This document shows positions 27,229-37,809 of a stretch of 64,000 nt of DNA, in pieces (position 1 is the stretch's first letter; each line of letters opens with the position of its first letter). Made by a program: the position numbers and the translations under genes. The notes beneath the pieces were generated by a model. That model saw nothing but the letters and a program-made list of their open reading frames with translations. It ran no database searches and was not told where the DNA came from. The stretch spans positions 4,288,001 to 4,352,000 of the forward strand of contig CBDFLE010000006.1 of the NCBI GenBank assembly GCA_965248925.1, read 5' to 3'. This stretch comes from Candidatus Multivoradales bacterium (lineage in GTDB: Bacteria > Acidobacteriota > Thermoanaerobaculia > Multivoradales > J023).

Positions 27229-29551
27229 ACGCTGGAGTCAGGTAGAGGGTCTCTTTCTGCGCTGTGAGGGCCTGACGAAGGATGCCCAGCGCCAGCTGCT
27301 GGAGGGCGCCTGCGGCGATCAGCCAGATCTCCGTCAACAGGTCGAAGGGATGCTGGCGGGTGACCGGCTCGGCACCGATTGGATGGGGCGGATGATCCGC
27401 CAAGCGCTGGTTCAGGAGCCCGAGGCCCGACCACGGCGAATCGGCCGCTACCGTTTGCTCGGTGAACTCGGTCGCGGTGGTCTGAGCACCGTTCACCTGG
27501 CCGAACGGGCCGATGATCAATACCGTCAGCGGGTTGCCCTCAAGCTGGTGCGGCGGGGCTTGGAGAGTGATGAGACGCTGCGCCGGATGCGTCGCGAACG
27601 GCAGATCCTGGCCGATCTCGAACACCCCAACATCGCCCGCTTGCTCGATGGCGATGCCACTGCCGACGGCGTGCCCTATTTCGTCATGGAGCATATAGAG
27701 GGCCAGCCGATTGCCGCCTACGCCGAACAGCACCGGCTGTCTCTCGACAGTCGCTTACGGCTGGTGGAGCAGGTTTGCGCGGCGGTGCATCACGCTCACC
27801 AGCGCTTGGTGATCCACCGTGACATCAAGCCCTCGAACATTCTGGTGACTGCCGAGGGCGTGCCTAAGTTGCTCGACTTCGGCATTGCCAAATTGTTCGA
27901 TCCGGGGGCCGAAGCCAGCGCCACGGTTACCGGCCAAGGATGGATGACCCCTGAGTACGCCAGCCCCGAGCAGGTACGCGGGGAGGCGCTGACCACCGCG
28001 ACGGATATCTATTCCCTGGGAGTGCTGCTCTACCAGTTGCTTACCGGCATCTCACCGCAGCAAGTCCAAGGGCGGAAGTTGCGGGAGTTGGAAGAAGCCA
28101 TCTGCGAGATGGAGCCACCGCGGCCATCGCTAGCGGTGCGGCAGCTCGAGAGAGAATCGCTGGCGGGCCTGGAGCATTCCACCAGAAAGCTCGCTGAGCG
28201 TCTGAGTGGTGATCTGGACAACATCATCCTCAAAGCGATGCGCAAGCAGCCGGCTGACCGCTATTCTTCGGCCGAGCGGCTGGCGGAAGACCTGCGCCGC
28301 TATCGCCTGTCGCTGCCGGTCAGTGCCCGGCCAGCCACCTGGGGTTATCGGGTGGGGCTCTTTGTCCGCCGCCAGCGGAAGGTGGTGATCGGCGGTCTGT
28401 TGGCTGCTGCTGCGCTGCTAGCGGCGCTGATCGCCGTCGGTTGGCAGGCGCGGGCCGCCCATCGCCAGCGGCACGAGGCGGAGGCTACTCTGGACCTGCT
28501 GTTCAGGATCTTCGACGTGGATGGCCTCAAAGAGAAGATCGATATGCACCAGCTGGTTGAGCGAGGAATTGAGGCGGCTGAGGAGATGGACACTCGGCGT
28601 CCGGCCACTCAGGCCGAACTCTTCGACTTCTTTGGTGGTTTGTACATTGTGCTGGGCACTTACGACGATGCGGGCCACGCTTTCGAGCGGTCCGTCGAGG
28701 TGGGCCGGCAGCTTTTTGCCGCGGGTGACCTTCGGTTGGCAGATGCGCTCAATAGTCTCGGTGAGGTGCGCTTTTGGCAAAGGGATCTGGGCGCGGCTCA
28801 GCAGGCTTTTGAAGAAGCGCTGGAGATCCGCCGCCAGGCGTTGGGCGACCTCCACCTAGACACCGACGAGATCGTGATCAACCTCGGCACCCTGGCGCGC
28901 CACGCCGGTGATCTGGAGCGCGCGAAGTCGCTGTTGACGAACGCCATCGAGCGCCACCCGCAAGCGTTGGCAGAGGGCCACCCTGACCTGCTTTCGGCGT
29001 TGGAGAGCTTGGGATTAGTGTACAGCCTGCAAGATGACTTCGATCGCGCTGAGCAGCAAGTCCGGCGTAGTCTTGAGTTGCGCTTGGCGACCCGTGGCAG
29101 CGATCACCCCGAGGTGGCGATCACCCACGGTCAGCTAGCCGCCATCCTGCACCACCAGGGTGAACTGGAGGCGGCGGAGAGGCATTTCACTGAGACTCTG
29201 AGAATATTGCGATTGGCTTACGGCGATCACCACGTCAGGCTGGTCTCAGTGTTGATCAACCTGGCGGCCTTGCGCCAGGAGCAGGGCCGGATCGAGGAAC
29301 AGGAGAAGGTGCTGCGTGAGGCTTTGGAGGTCGCCGAAGAGAACTACAGCGAAACCCACCCGCGGCGGATTGATGCCGTGCTCCTCCTGGCCCGGTTGCT
29401 GGCAGAGACCGACCGCTGCGGCGAGGCCCGGCCGCTGTTGGCTCAGGCCCTCGGCACCCTTCGAGAAACTGAAGAAGAAGACTCGCCCCAGCTGTCGTGG
29501 AGTGAGTCTCTACTGGCTTCCTGCACAGCGTTGCCTTTACCTTCGGGCTGA
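27218..29551 (+). CDS. Hanks-type Ser/Thr kinase with TM helix and TPR repeats
   Basis: GRGGLSTV, VALK, HRDIKPSN, DFG, TPEYASPEQ, then a TM helix and TPRs. Confidence 0.93.
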   Translation: METERWSQVEGLFLRCEGLTKDAQRQLLEGACGDQPDLRQQVEGMLAGDRLGTDWMGRMIRQALVQEPEARPRRIGRYRLLGELGRGGLSTVHLAERADDQYRQRVALKLVRRGLESDETLRRMRRERQILADLEHPNIARLLDGDATADGVPYFVMEHIEGQPIAAYAEQHRLSLDSRLRLVEQVCAAVHHAHQRLVIHRDIKPSNILVTAEGVPKLLDFGIAKLFDPGAEASATVTGQGWMTPEYASPEQVRGEALTTATDIYSLGVLLYQLLTGISPQQVQGRKLRELEEAICEMEPPRPSLAVRQLERESLAGLEHSTRKLAERLSGDLDNIILKAMRKQPADRYSSAERLAEDLRRYRLSLPVSARPATWGYRVGLFVRRQRKVVIGGLLAAAALLAALIAVGWQARAAHRQRHEAEATLDLLFRIFDVDGLKEKIDMHQLVERGIEAAEEMDTRRPATQAELFDFFGGLYIVLGTYDDAGHAFERSVEVGRQLFAAGDLRLADALNSLGEVRFWQRDLGAAQQAFEEALEIRRQALGDLHLDTDEIVINLGTLARHAGDLERAKSLLTNAIERHPQALAEGHPDLLSALESLGLVYSLQDDFDRAEQQVRRSLELRLATRGSDHPEVAITHGQLAAILHHQGELEAAERHFTETLRILRLAYGDHHVRLVSVLINLAALRQEQGRIEEQEKVLREALEVAEENYSETHPRRIDAVLLLARLLAETDRCGEARPLLAQALGTLRETEEEDSPQLSWSESLLASCTALPLPSG

Positions 29552-29685
29552 TCCCGATCGGTGGGAATCACTAATCTTCCACTGCCGATGAGGGGATTGG
29601 ACCGCGTTCTGCGCATGTCTCTCCAAAGAGCTGCTCTGTGCTCTGCAACGTTTTCCGTTTTGGTTTTGATCAAGGAGGATTCGAC

Positions 29686-30540
29686 GTGTTCCCAGGCAAT
29701 TCAGTGTTGGTCACGATCAACAATGTCGGTAGAGTGCGTCGGGCCGCGGCGATGGTCTGTTTCTTCATAGCCTTTGTAAGCGGAAGTGTGAGCGCATTGG
29801 AGATCATCAGTGTTTCGCCGTCGACGGCAGTCCCCGGTGACTTGGTGACGATCCAAGGGTCCGGATTCGATACCTCGGTGGACAATACCTTGGTGACGGT
29901 GAATTCGCTGGGTAAGCGGGTTGTGCTGAATGTGCTGTCCGCCACTACCGACATGTTGTTGTGCGAGGTGGGGGGAGCTGCGGAGCCGATGGTGGGGGTT
30001 CTGCTCGTCACCAGCGGCCAGACTGCGCACCTCCCCGTCGGTATGACCTATCCGGTCGGTCATGGCGTTTATGAGATTGTTTCCGCGCGAGTGTTCGAGG
30101 GGAATGTTCATTCGGCGTCAGCTAGGCCCTTCACTATTTCTGATGCTTCCGAATGGGTTATTGGTTCAGAGTCGAGCAGCTCCACGTTGCTCTTGAATCT
30201 CGAGGATGAAAACCACGCTTTGGCCAGTGGGGAGGAGGTCAAGAGTAACTCCGTGGATTCTATGTGTGAAGCAATTCAAGATTGTATTGTTGTTTCCAGG
30301 CCGGGCTATTTCCCACTTCCGGATTCTGTGATCGGGGTGGCCGTGGAGACTTTCTATTACCCCAATTCTGACAAGCCGGTTTCAGCTGATGTCCGGGCGT
30401 CTGACAGAGCTGGGATTCTTAATCTTGCTTTTGCCCAGTGGGGTCTGGTCGCGGCTGCGAATGGGTCGGTAGTGGGGGTCGAGTTTGTTGGCGTACCGCT
30501 GCTTGACGGTGCGTATATTTCCCAGATCGTTTTCCCCTGA
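29686..30540 (+). CDS. Secreted IPT/TIG-domain protein
   Basis: Signal-like segment then IISVSP...PGDLVTIQGSGF; AAGGAGG precedes GTG 29686. Confidence 0.65.
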   Translation: MFPGNSVLVTINNVGRVRRAAAMVCFFIAFVSGSVSALEIISVSPSTAVPGDLVTIQGSGFDTSVDNTLVTVNSLGKRVVLNVLSATTDMLLCEVGGAAEPMVGVLLVTSGQTAHLPVGMTYPVGHGVYEIVSARVFEGNVHSASARPFTISDASEWVIGSESSSSTLLLNLEDENHALASGEEVKSNSVDSMCEAIQDCIVVSRPGYFPLPDSVIGVAVETFYYPNSDKPVSADVRASDRAGILNLAFAQWGLVAAANGSVVGVEFVGVPLLDGAYISQIVFP

Positions 30541-30599
30541 CCGCGACGCCTGGTCGGCGTCGGGTCTTCATTGCAATGCCTTGAGAAAGGAGGTCTCTC

Positions 30600-31448
30600 A
30601 TGAGACGTCTAGGGTTCGCTATGCTTGTTTTCGCCTTGTTCTGTTGGGTCGCTACCCCCGCAATGGCTGCGGTGTTGAAGGTGCCAACGGGATTCCTCAC
30701 TATCCAAGACGCCATCAACGCCGCCTCGCCTGGCGACACCATCGTCATCCACGATGGTCTCTACAATGAGAACTTGAAGATAATAGGCAAGAACAATCTA
30801 CATTTAGTGGCGGCGCAGGTGCCGGCCAATGTTGGCGTTCGAGCGGTTGGAATTGGCGCTAGTTTTCCGTTTGGAGTGCAGGTTGTGGGTGTGTTCGATC
30901 CGGGAACACCTTGCCTGCTGATCGAAGACAGCCACCGTGTCTCGATCGTCGGGTTGGCGTTCACGAGCTGTGAAGGACCCGGAATTCGCGTGCTGGGAAC
31001 TGGGCCGCCGATCCGTGACGTTCGACTCTACTCTGTCCAGGTCGATTTGGTGAATGGGGCCGGAATTGAGATTCTCAACGCTCGCCGGGTGCAGGTGCTG
31101 AGTAGTGAGGCGTCGCTGTCGAACTCGTCGAGCGGCTTGGTTGTCGACGGCATCGATTGCCTGGTGGCTGATAGCGTTTTCGCCAACAGCCTCGACGCTG
31201 GCGTGCTGGTCACTGCGAGTAGCAACCGAACACAGGTGATCAACAATGCTGCTGGTGGCAACAGCGTTGGTATTTACGATCTAGGATCACAGTCTCGTGT
31301 CGAGCGGAATTCTGCGTTTTCGAACCCATCTTGCGATATCGACATCGCGATCCCAGCGTCTTTTGCCGACATTGCTGGCAATGAGGCCGGCGTTTACTGT
31401 CTGGGCGGAATCATGATGTCGCCGCCGCCGCTCGGCGAGAATATGTAG
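30600..31448 (+). CDS. Secreted right-handed beta-helix (pectin-lyase/NosD-like) protein
   Basis: Signal peptide, VP..F.TIQDAINAASPGDTIVIHDGLYNE, repeated GI/N..N motifs. Confidence 0.8.
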   Translation: MRRLGFAMLVFALFCWVATPAMAAVLKVPTGFLTIQDAINAASPGDTIVIHDGLYNENLKIIGKNNLHLVAAQVPANVGVRAVGIGASFPFGVQVVGVFDPGTPCLLIEDSHRVSIVGLAFTSCEGPGIRVLGTGPPIRDVRLYSVQVDLVNGAGIEILNARRVQVLSSEASLSNSSSGLVVDGIDCLVADSVFANSLDAGVLVTASSNRTQVINNAAGGNSVGIYDLGSQSRVERNSAFSNPSCDIDIAIPASFADIAGNEAGVYCLGGIMMSPPPLGENM

Positions 31449-31482
31449 TTATCGAGCGGTTTCGTAGCCGCCTGCAAGCCGT

Positions 31483-32673
31483 TCAGGCGCGCATCCGCTC
31501 GGGGCGGAAGAAAGGTGTTTCGACCACCCGAGCCGGGGCCCGCCGACGGCTGTAGTCGACGGTGATTTCCATCTCTAGCTCGCTGCCGAGCCGGCTCCAA
31601 TGGGTTTCTACCGAGGCCAGCGCGATGTACTTTTTGAGTAGCGAGGACCAGCAGCCGGAGGTGGCGCGACCGACCTGACGGCCCTCGGCATAGACCGGCA
31701 CCGGGTCGCGCCAGGCGACCGACGGCAGCTCGGGCATCAGGCCGGCGCTGGCGTAGAGTTCTTCCAGGGGCTCCCAGGCGATCTCCAAACCGACCAAGCT
31801 CCAAGCGCTGCCCTTGGACTGCTCTTGCGCCAGTGCCTGGTGGCCGTTGCAGGCCACTTGCTTGTCCAGTTTGACCGCCCAGCCGAGGCCGAGTTCGTAA
31901 GGAGAGGACAGCTGCGAAGGGATCTGCACTTGCTCGGCAGGCTGGTAGTCGACACCGATCAGGATGAAGCCGGCCTCGACTCGAGAGATGTCCATCGCCA
32001 ACATGCCGCAGGGGCGCGCACCGTGGGCTGGAGCGGCCGCCATCAGCGCTTGCCAGATGGAGGGTGCATCCTCGGCATCGAGCCACAGTTCGTAGCCCAG
32101 ATCGCCGGTGAAGCCGGTGCGCGAGATCACCACTTCGGCGCCCGCCAGGATGCCACGGGTGTGGCGAAAGAACTTCAGACCCTCGATATCGGCCGCGCAC
32201 ACCGCTTGCAGCAACGCCCGCGAGCGAGGCCCCTGCACCGCCAGCGCCGCCTGGCTAGCTGAGCGGTCTTCGATCTCGACTTCCAGCCCGTGGGCCGAGG
32301 TGTGCAACCAGCCGAGGGCTGGCTCAGCGGCGTTGAACTGGAAGGAGTTGTCGTCGAAGCGCAGCAGAGTCCCTTCTTGCAGCATCTTTCCTTGGTCGTC
32401 GCACCAGGGGGTGTAGAGCACCCGGCCGGGTTGGAACTTGCTGATGTCGCGGGTCACTACCCGGTCGAGCAGGGTGGCGGCGTCTCGGCCGCTGATGCGG
32501 TACTTGAGCAGCGGCGAGACATCGATTACGGCGGCGCCGTTGCGGATCGCGGCGTACTCGGGTTGATGAAAGTCGTCGTAGCAGGAGGCGGCGAAGTAGC
32601 CTCCCCAGTGACGCCAAGCGAGGCTCTTGTTTAATGGTGCCGTGCAGGGGTGGAAGGGGGTGCCGGTGGCCAT
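31483..32673 (-). CDS. GcvT-like aminomethyltransferase family protein
   Basis: EYAAIRN, IDVSPL.KY, YTPWCD..GK, LAVQGP, SRTGFTGDLGYE, RVEAG. Confidence 0.92.
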   Translation of the reverse strand: MATGTPFHPCTAPLNKSLAWRHWGGYFAASCYDDFHQPEYAAIRNGAAVIDVSPLLKYRISGRDAATLLDRVVTRDISKFQPGRVLYTPWCDDQGKMLQEGTLLRFDDNSFQFNAAEPALGWLHTSAHGLEVEIEDRSASQAALAVQGPRSRALLQAVCAADIEGLKFFRHTRGILAGAEVVISRTGFTGDLGYELWLDAEDAPSIWQALMAAAPAHGARPCGMLAMDISRVEAGFILIGVDYQPAEQVQIPSQLSSPYELGLGWAVKLDKQVACNGHQALAQEQSKGSAWSLVGLEIAWEPLEELYASAGLMPELPSVAWRDPVPVYAEGRQVGRATSGCWSSLLKKYIALASVETHWSRLGSELEMEITVDYSRRRAPARVVETPFFRPERMRA

Positions 32674-32977
32674 ATATCTAAGCTCCTCGGAATTCGGTGA
32701 CTTGAGGGGCATCTTAAAGCATGGGTTGAAAGTCGCGCCTAGGCGCGACCAGCGGGATTGGATCCTGCGTTTGGCTGGCGGGATTGGGTGAATCGTGGGT
32801 AGTCACCAATCGGTCCATGCTCGGTTCTTGCTCTTGCGGTAGGTGCCTGGTGCGTCCCTGGCGGGACGAGAGCGAGTAGCTGCAGAACTCGCGCGCTCGC
32901 GCCGCCAGGATTGTAGCCGAACGATCCATGCGATGGCATATACTCCCGCCCGATTCCTTTGATCGACAAGACCAAGC

Positions 32978-34579
32978 ATGGCAAAGACCTACGACGCGGT
33001 AATTCTCGGCGCCGGCCACAACGGATTGGCTTGTGCCGCCTACCTGGCGCGAGCTGGCCGTTCGGTGCTGGTGTTGGAGCGTCGGCATCTGGTGGGTGGG
33101 GCGACGGTGACCGAGGAGATCTTCCCCGGCTTTCACTTCTCGGTGTGTTCCTACGTCGTCAGCCTGCTGCGTCCGGAGGTGATCAGCGAACTCGAGCTGC
33201 CGCGCCACGGCCTCGAGATTCTGCCTCTTGATGGCACCCTGACCCCAACCGCGAACGGCGACTACCTGATGCGCTGGCACGACAGCGCCGAGACCTTTCG
33301 CGAACTCGAGCGCCACTCGCCTGCCGATGCCGATGCCTATGGCCGATTCGGCCAATTGATGCACCACCTGGCCAAAACAGTGCGGCCGCTGCTGGCCACC
33401 ACCCCCGTCGACCCGACTTCGCTGGCACCGGGGCAGCTGAAGGGAATGTGGGATCTGTGGCGGCAATTCTCCGCCAGTGGCGAGCACCTTTACGATCTGG
33501 CCAAACTAATGACCATGAGCTCGGCGGACTACGTCGAACAGTGGTTCGAGACCGAAGCGCTGTGCGCCACTCTGTCGGCCAGCGGCATCATCGGCACTTT
33601 CCTCGGACCGCGTTCGCCAGGCTCGGCCTACGTCATGCTGCACCACTACATGGGCGAACTCGACGGGCACCTGCGGGCCTGGGGACTGCCTCGCGGCGGC
33701 ATGGGAGGGCTGGCCAAGGCTTTTGCCGGCGCCGCGCGGGCCGCCGGAGTGGAGATTCGCACTGAGGCGCCGGTGGAGAAGATTCTGGCCCGAGGAGGAC
33801 GAGCCTACGGCGTGGTGCTCGCAGGCGGCGAGGAAATCAGCGCTCGCAAGGTGGTTTCCAGCCTCGATCCGCGGCTCACTTTTGAGCGTTTAATGGATCC
33901 CAGCGAAGTGCCCGCCGAGCTTCTGCTGGCGATGTCGCGCTACAAAAATCGCGGTTCTTCGGCCAAGGTCAACTTGGCGCTCGATGCTTTGCCGGACTTC
34001 AGCTGCCTGCAACGGCTGCGCTCCTGGAGCGGCCTGCCTGTTGAGCGCCATCTGGCGGGGGCGATCTCGCTCAGCCCGTCGATCGATTATTTGGAACAGG
34101 CTTACGACGACGCCAAGTATGGCCGCTATTCCCGCCACCCTTACATGGATATGGTGATTCCCACCCTCACGGATCCGTCGCTGGCGCCGCCGGGCAAGCA
34201 CGTCATGTCGATCTTCGTTCAATACGCTCCCTACCAGCTCGCCGAAGGCACCTGGGAGGAGCAGCGCGAGGCGTTTGGCGACACGGTGATCGATACTCTG
34301 GCAGAGCATGTGCCCAATCTGAAGGACATCATGTTGCATCGCCAGGTGGTCACACCATGGGATCTGGAGCAGCGTTTCGGCCTTACCGAGGGCAACATCT
34401 TTCATGGCGAGTTGTCGTTGGAGCAACTTTTCTTCCTCCGGCCAGCGGTTGGCTGGGCCGACTACCGAACACCGATTCGTAACCTCTACCTGTGCGGTTC
34501 AGGCACCCATCCCGGCGGTGGCGTGATGGCCGCCCCCGGCCGCTTGGCGGCCCAGCGCATCTTGGCGGACGGGAGGTAG
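32978..34579 (+). CDS. Phytoene-dehydrogenase-like FAD oxidoreductase
   Basis: GAGHNGL..AAYLA, ERR..VGG, GNIFHG, LYLCGSGTHPGGGV. Confidence 0.92.
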   Translation: MAKTYDAVILGAGHNGLACAAYLARAGRSVLVLERRHLVGGATVTEEIFPGFHFSVCSYVVSLLRPEVISELELPRHGLEILPLDGTLTPTANGDYLMRWHDSAETFRELERHSPADADAYGRFGQLMHHLAKTVRPLLATTPVDPTSLAPGQLKGMWDLWRQFSASGEHLYDLAKLMTMSSADYVEQWFETEALCATLSASGIIGTFLGPRSPGSAYVMLHHYMGELDGHLRAWGLPRGGMGGLAKAFAGAARAAGVEIRTEAPVEKILARGGRAYGVVLAGGEEISARKVVSSLDPRLTFERLMDPSEVPAELLLAMSRYKNRGSSAKVNLALDALPDFSCLQRLRSWSGLPVERHLAGAISLSPSIDYLEQAYDDAKYGRYSRHPYMDMVIPTLTDPSLAPPGKHVMSIFVQYAPYQLAEGTWEEQREAFGDTVIDTLAEHVPNLKDIMLHRQVVTPWDLEQRFGLTEGNIFHGELSLEQLFFLRPAVGWADYRTPIRNLYLCGSGTHPGGGVMAAPGRLAAQRILADGR

Positions 34580-34585
34580 ACGGCA

Positions 34586-36169
34586 GTGGCGCGCTACGAC
34601 GCAGTGGTGATCGGGGCAGGTGCCGAGGGTTTGGTTTGTGCCGCCTATCTGGCTGGCGCCGGCCGCTCGGTGGTGTTGGTGGATGGTGCCGAGCAGGTAG
34701 GCGGTGGCCTGCAAAGTGATGAGCTGGCGTCCGGGTTCAAGGTGCCAGCGACTTACGCTTCGGTCGAGACCTTCGATCCTGAGATCACCGCCGAGTTGGA
34801 TCTCGGCAGTCTGGGTCTGGAGATCTTGCCAGTTGGCGGGGTGTTTGTTCCCCGCCCCGGCGCTGAGGGTCTTTACCTGCCTCCTCCGGACGACGCTGAT
34901 CCGTTGGCCGCTGCCGTTGCAGCGATTTCTCGATTGTCGTTGGCCGACGCTGAGGCTTTTACTGAGTTTGATGGCTTTTTGCGGCGTCTGGCGACGGTGT
35001 TGCAGCCATTGCTGGCGAATCCCTTGCCCCAGCTGCCGCCACGCGGTGCCAGGGGCCTTCTGGCGTTGGCGCGGCCGGCGCTGGCGGCACGGCGCTTGGG
35101 CACGGCGACCCTGGCCGAGGTATTGCGGTTTGGGCCGATGCCGATCGCCGATGTCATGGGCGAGCGTTTCGAGTCGCATGCGCTGGCGGTGGCGGTGACG
35201 GCCGGCGCCTTGGCGGGGTCTTGGCTCGGCCCTCGCTCGCCGGGTAGTGCCCTCAACTTGCTGCTCCATCGCTGCGGCCGGTGTCGGGGGGCGATCGCCT
35301 ACCCGAGCTTTGCCCGCGGCGGCAGTGGTTCTTTGGCGACGGCGCTAGCGGCGGCAGCAAGAGCTGCCGGGGCTGAACTGCGGCTCGGCACGGCGGTTGA
35401 GCGGATCGAGGTCGCGGGTGGACGAGCGTGCGCTGTTCGCCTGGTGGGCGGCGAGCGTCTTGCCGCCACAACGGTGATTTCCACTGCCGACCCGCGGACC
35501 ACTTTGCTCGATTTGCTGCCCAGCGGTCAGCTGGGGGTCAGCTTCCTGCGTCAGGTGCGGCAGATCCGCGGTCGTGGCGCGTTGGCGACGGTGGCATTCG
35601 CGGTCGATCAGTCGCCGGCTTTTGATGGCGCTCCCCAAGACCCCCACCTGCTCGCCGGGCGAATCCACGTCGCCGCCCATCTTGACGATCTCGAGCGGGC
35701 CTACGACGACGCGAAATACGGCCGCTTGCCCCGTCGCCCCTATCTCGACGTGACGGTGCCGTCGGCAGCTGATCCCAGCCTAGCTCCGGCTGGTCAACAC
35801 GTCGTCCACGCCGTCGTGCAATTTCCGCCCTACACCCTGCGCCAGGGCGACTGGGAAGGGCAGCGGGAGTTTCTTGGCGATGTCGTCGAGAGCACTTTGG
35901 CTGAGGCGGCGCCCGGTTTCAGTGCCACCGTTCTGCATCGTCGGGTGCTGACTCCGCTCGACATCGAGCGCCGATTTGCTGCTCGCGAGGGCTGTCTCTA
36001 CCAGGTCGAACCGGCTCTCGACCAGTTGCTGTGGATGCGGCCGATCCCCGGCTGGAGCCGTCATGATACGCCGATCGAAGGTCTTTGGCTGGGTGGTTCT
36101 GGAAGCCACGGCGGCGGTCCCCTGAGTGGCCTTGCTGGCCGCAATGCGGCTCGGCGCGCGCTCGGCTGA
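34586..36169 (+). CDS. Phytoene-dehydrogenase-like FAD oxidoreductase (divergent paralog)
   Basis: GAGAEGL..AAYLA, LERAYDDAKYG, DPSLAP.GQHV, GSHGGG. Confidence 0.88.
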   Translation: MARYDAVVIGAGAEGLVCAAYLAGAGRSVVLVDGAEQVGGGLQSDELASGFKVPATYASVETFDPEITAELDLGSLGLEILPVGGVFVPRPGAEGLYLPPPDDADPLAAAVAAISRLSLADAEAFTEFDGFLRRLATVLQPLLANPLPQLPPRGARGLLALARPALAARRLGTATLAEVLRFGPMPIADVMGERFESHALAVAVTAGALAGSWLGPRSPGSALNLLLHRCGRCRGAIAYPSFARGGSGSLATALAAAARAAGAELRLGTAVERIEVAGGRACAVRLVGGERLAATTVISTADPRTTLLDLLPSGQLGVSFLRQVRQIRGRGALATVAFAVDQSPAFDGAPQDPHLLAGRIHVAAHLDDLERAYDDAKYGRLPRRPYLDVTVPSAADPSLAPAGQHVVHAVVQFPPYTLRQGDWEGQREFLGDVVESTLAEAAPGFSATVLHRRVLTPLDIERRFAAREGCLYQVEPALDQLLWMRPIPGWSRHDTPIEGLWLGGSGSHGGGPLSGLAGRNAARRALG

Positions 36170-36395
36170 CCGCCGCACTATCGCAGTGGCTTGCCCTTCT
36201 GACCGCGGCACCGGAGGTGTTCACTGATCAGTGGATCCGCCAGTGAAATCTGACTATCACCAGCAACACGTTCCCACTCGTTGCGCGGCTGGCGATGCCC
36301 TAGAGGAATTGCTGCAGCTGCCTAAGCGGCAAGTGCGCTAAGTCCCTCTGGTGGTGGCTGGTGTGTGTCCCGCCTTTGCCTTGTCCGGATATGGG

Positions 36396-36433
36396 AAAGC
36401 CGCCGGTGGGGTCTCCCGCTGGCGGCTTTTTTT
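36396..36433 (+). terminator. Intrinsic terminator (possibly bidirectional)
   Basis: AAAGCCGCCGGTGGG-gtct-CCCGCTGGCGGC followed by T7. Confidence 0.8.
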
Positions 36434-36462
36434 GGCTCCGGCAAAGCCGTGCTGCGGCTGAC

Positions 36463-36666
36463 TCAGTCGTTGAGCACGAAGGTCACTTTGAGGTTGACCC
36501 GGTAGCCGGTGATCTTGCCGTTGTCGCAGACCACTTTCTGGCCATCGACCCAGGCGCCGGTGACGTTCCTGAGGGTCTTGCTGGCACGGGAGACGCCCTG
36601 CTCGATGGCGTGTTGGAAGCTCTTGGGCGAAGTCGAGGTGATTTCGGTAGTTTTGGCAATGGACAT
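36463..36666 (-). CDS. Dodecin family protein
   Basis: 67 aa; TEITSTS..SF..AI.QG..RA..TL...W...YRVNLK.TF. Confidence 0.9.
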   Translation of the reverse strand: MSIAKTTEITSTSPKSFQHAIEQGVSRASKTLRNVTGAWVDGQKVVCDNGKITGYRVNLKVTFVLND

Positions 36667-36681
36667 TTTTGGGCTCCTATC

Positions 36682-36885
36682 TCAGCCTTTGAGGATGAAA
36701 GAAATTTTCAGGTTGACTCGGTAAATGGTGATCCGACCGTTGTCGCACTCGACCTTCTGGCCATCGACCCAGGCGCCGGTGATGCCGTCTAGGGTCTCGC
36801 TGGCGCGGGCCAGCCCTTGGGCGATGGCGTCTTGGAAGCTCACGGTCGAGGTCGAGCTAATCTCTGTGACTTTAGCAATGGACAT
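36682..36885 (-). CDS. Dodecin family protein (tandem paralog)
   Basis: 67 aa; 47/67 identical to its neighbour. Confidence 0.9.
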   Translation of the reverse strand: MSIAKVTEISSTSTVSFQDAIAQGLARASETLDGITGAWVDGQKVECDNGRITIYRVNLKISFILKG

Positions 36886-37072
36886 GGGATTCTATTCCTC
36901 CTGACGTTGAGGGTAGTCGCCCAGGGGCGACCGCCTTGTGGGTTCATAGCTAGCGGAGCTTTCTCCGGGGAAAGAGGTTCATTCTGGTTGAGAGCGGGAA
37001 CTCTCGCCCATCTTACCAGCATCTCGGATGCCGGCTACTAGCGGGTTAAAGGCGGCGGTAGAGAGGTTGAGT

Positions 37073-37756
37073 TCAGCTGACGTCGCCGTCGTCGATCCAG
37101 CCGTCTTTGAGGTTGATCACGCGATCACCGTAGGCGGCGTTGGCTGCTGAGTGGGTCACCTGGATGATCGTCGTGCCGCTCTGATTGAGTTCTTTGAACA
37201 GCTCCATGATCTCCTGCGCTTGGCCGGAATGCAGATTGCCGGTGGGCTCGTCAGCGAGGATCACTTTGGGGCTCATGATCACCGCGCGGGCGATGCCCAC
37301 CAGCTGCTGCTGGCCGCCTGAGAGCTGAGCTGGGAAGAGATCTTTCTTGCCGACAATCTGGAATCGGTCGAGGACATCGCAGACCATCGACTGGCGCTCG
37401 CGCCGCTTGACCTTGCGATAGGTCAGCGGCACTTCGAGATTCTCGTACACGGTCAGGTCGTCGAGCAGATGGTAGCTCTGGAAGACGAAGCCCATGTAGC
37501 GCTTGTGCAGCTCGTTGCGTTGCCGGGTCTTCAGCCGGTGAACGGCGTGACCATCGAGGGTGTACTCGCCCTGCCAGTTGCCATCGAGCATGCCAAGGAT
37601 GTGCAGCAGAGTGGACTTGCCGGCCCCCGAGGGGCCCATGATGGTGACGAATTCACCGTCGGCAATCTCGATACCGATCCGGCGCAACACGTAGGTGCGG
37701 CCGAATCCAGATTCGTAGTACCGCTCCAGGTCGTGGGTTTGGATCAACTTGGTCAT
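37073..37756 (-). CDS. MacB/LolD-type ABC ATP-binding protein
   Basis: [25 protein letters not shown]. Confidence 0.95.
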   Translation of the reverse strand: MTKLIQTHDLERYYESGFGRTYVLRRIGIEIADGEFVTIMGPSGAGKSTLLHILGMLDGNWQGEYTLDGHAVHRLKTRQRNELHKRYMGFVFQSYHLLDDLTVYENLEVPLTYRKVKRRERQSMVCDVLDRFQIVGKKDLFPAQLSGGQQQLVGIARAVIMSPKVILADEPTGNLHSGQAQEIMELFKELNQSGTTIIQVTHSAANAAYGDRVINLKDGWIDDGDVS

Positions 37757-37809
37757 AAGCTACCAGCGAGGCTGAGCGGGGTCGGTGACCCCCGCTAGCT
37801 TCGGTCCAG

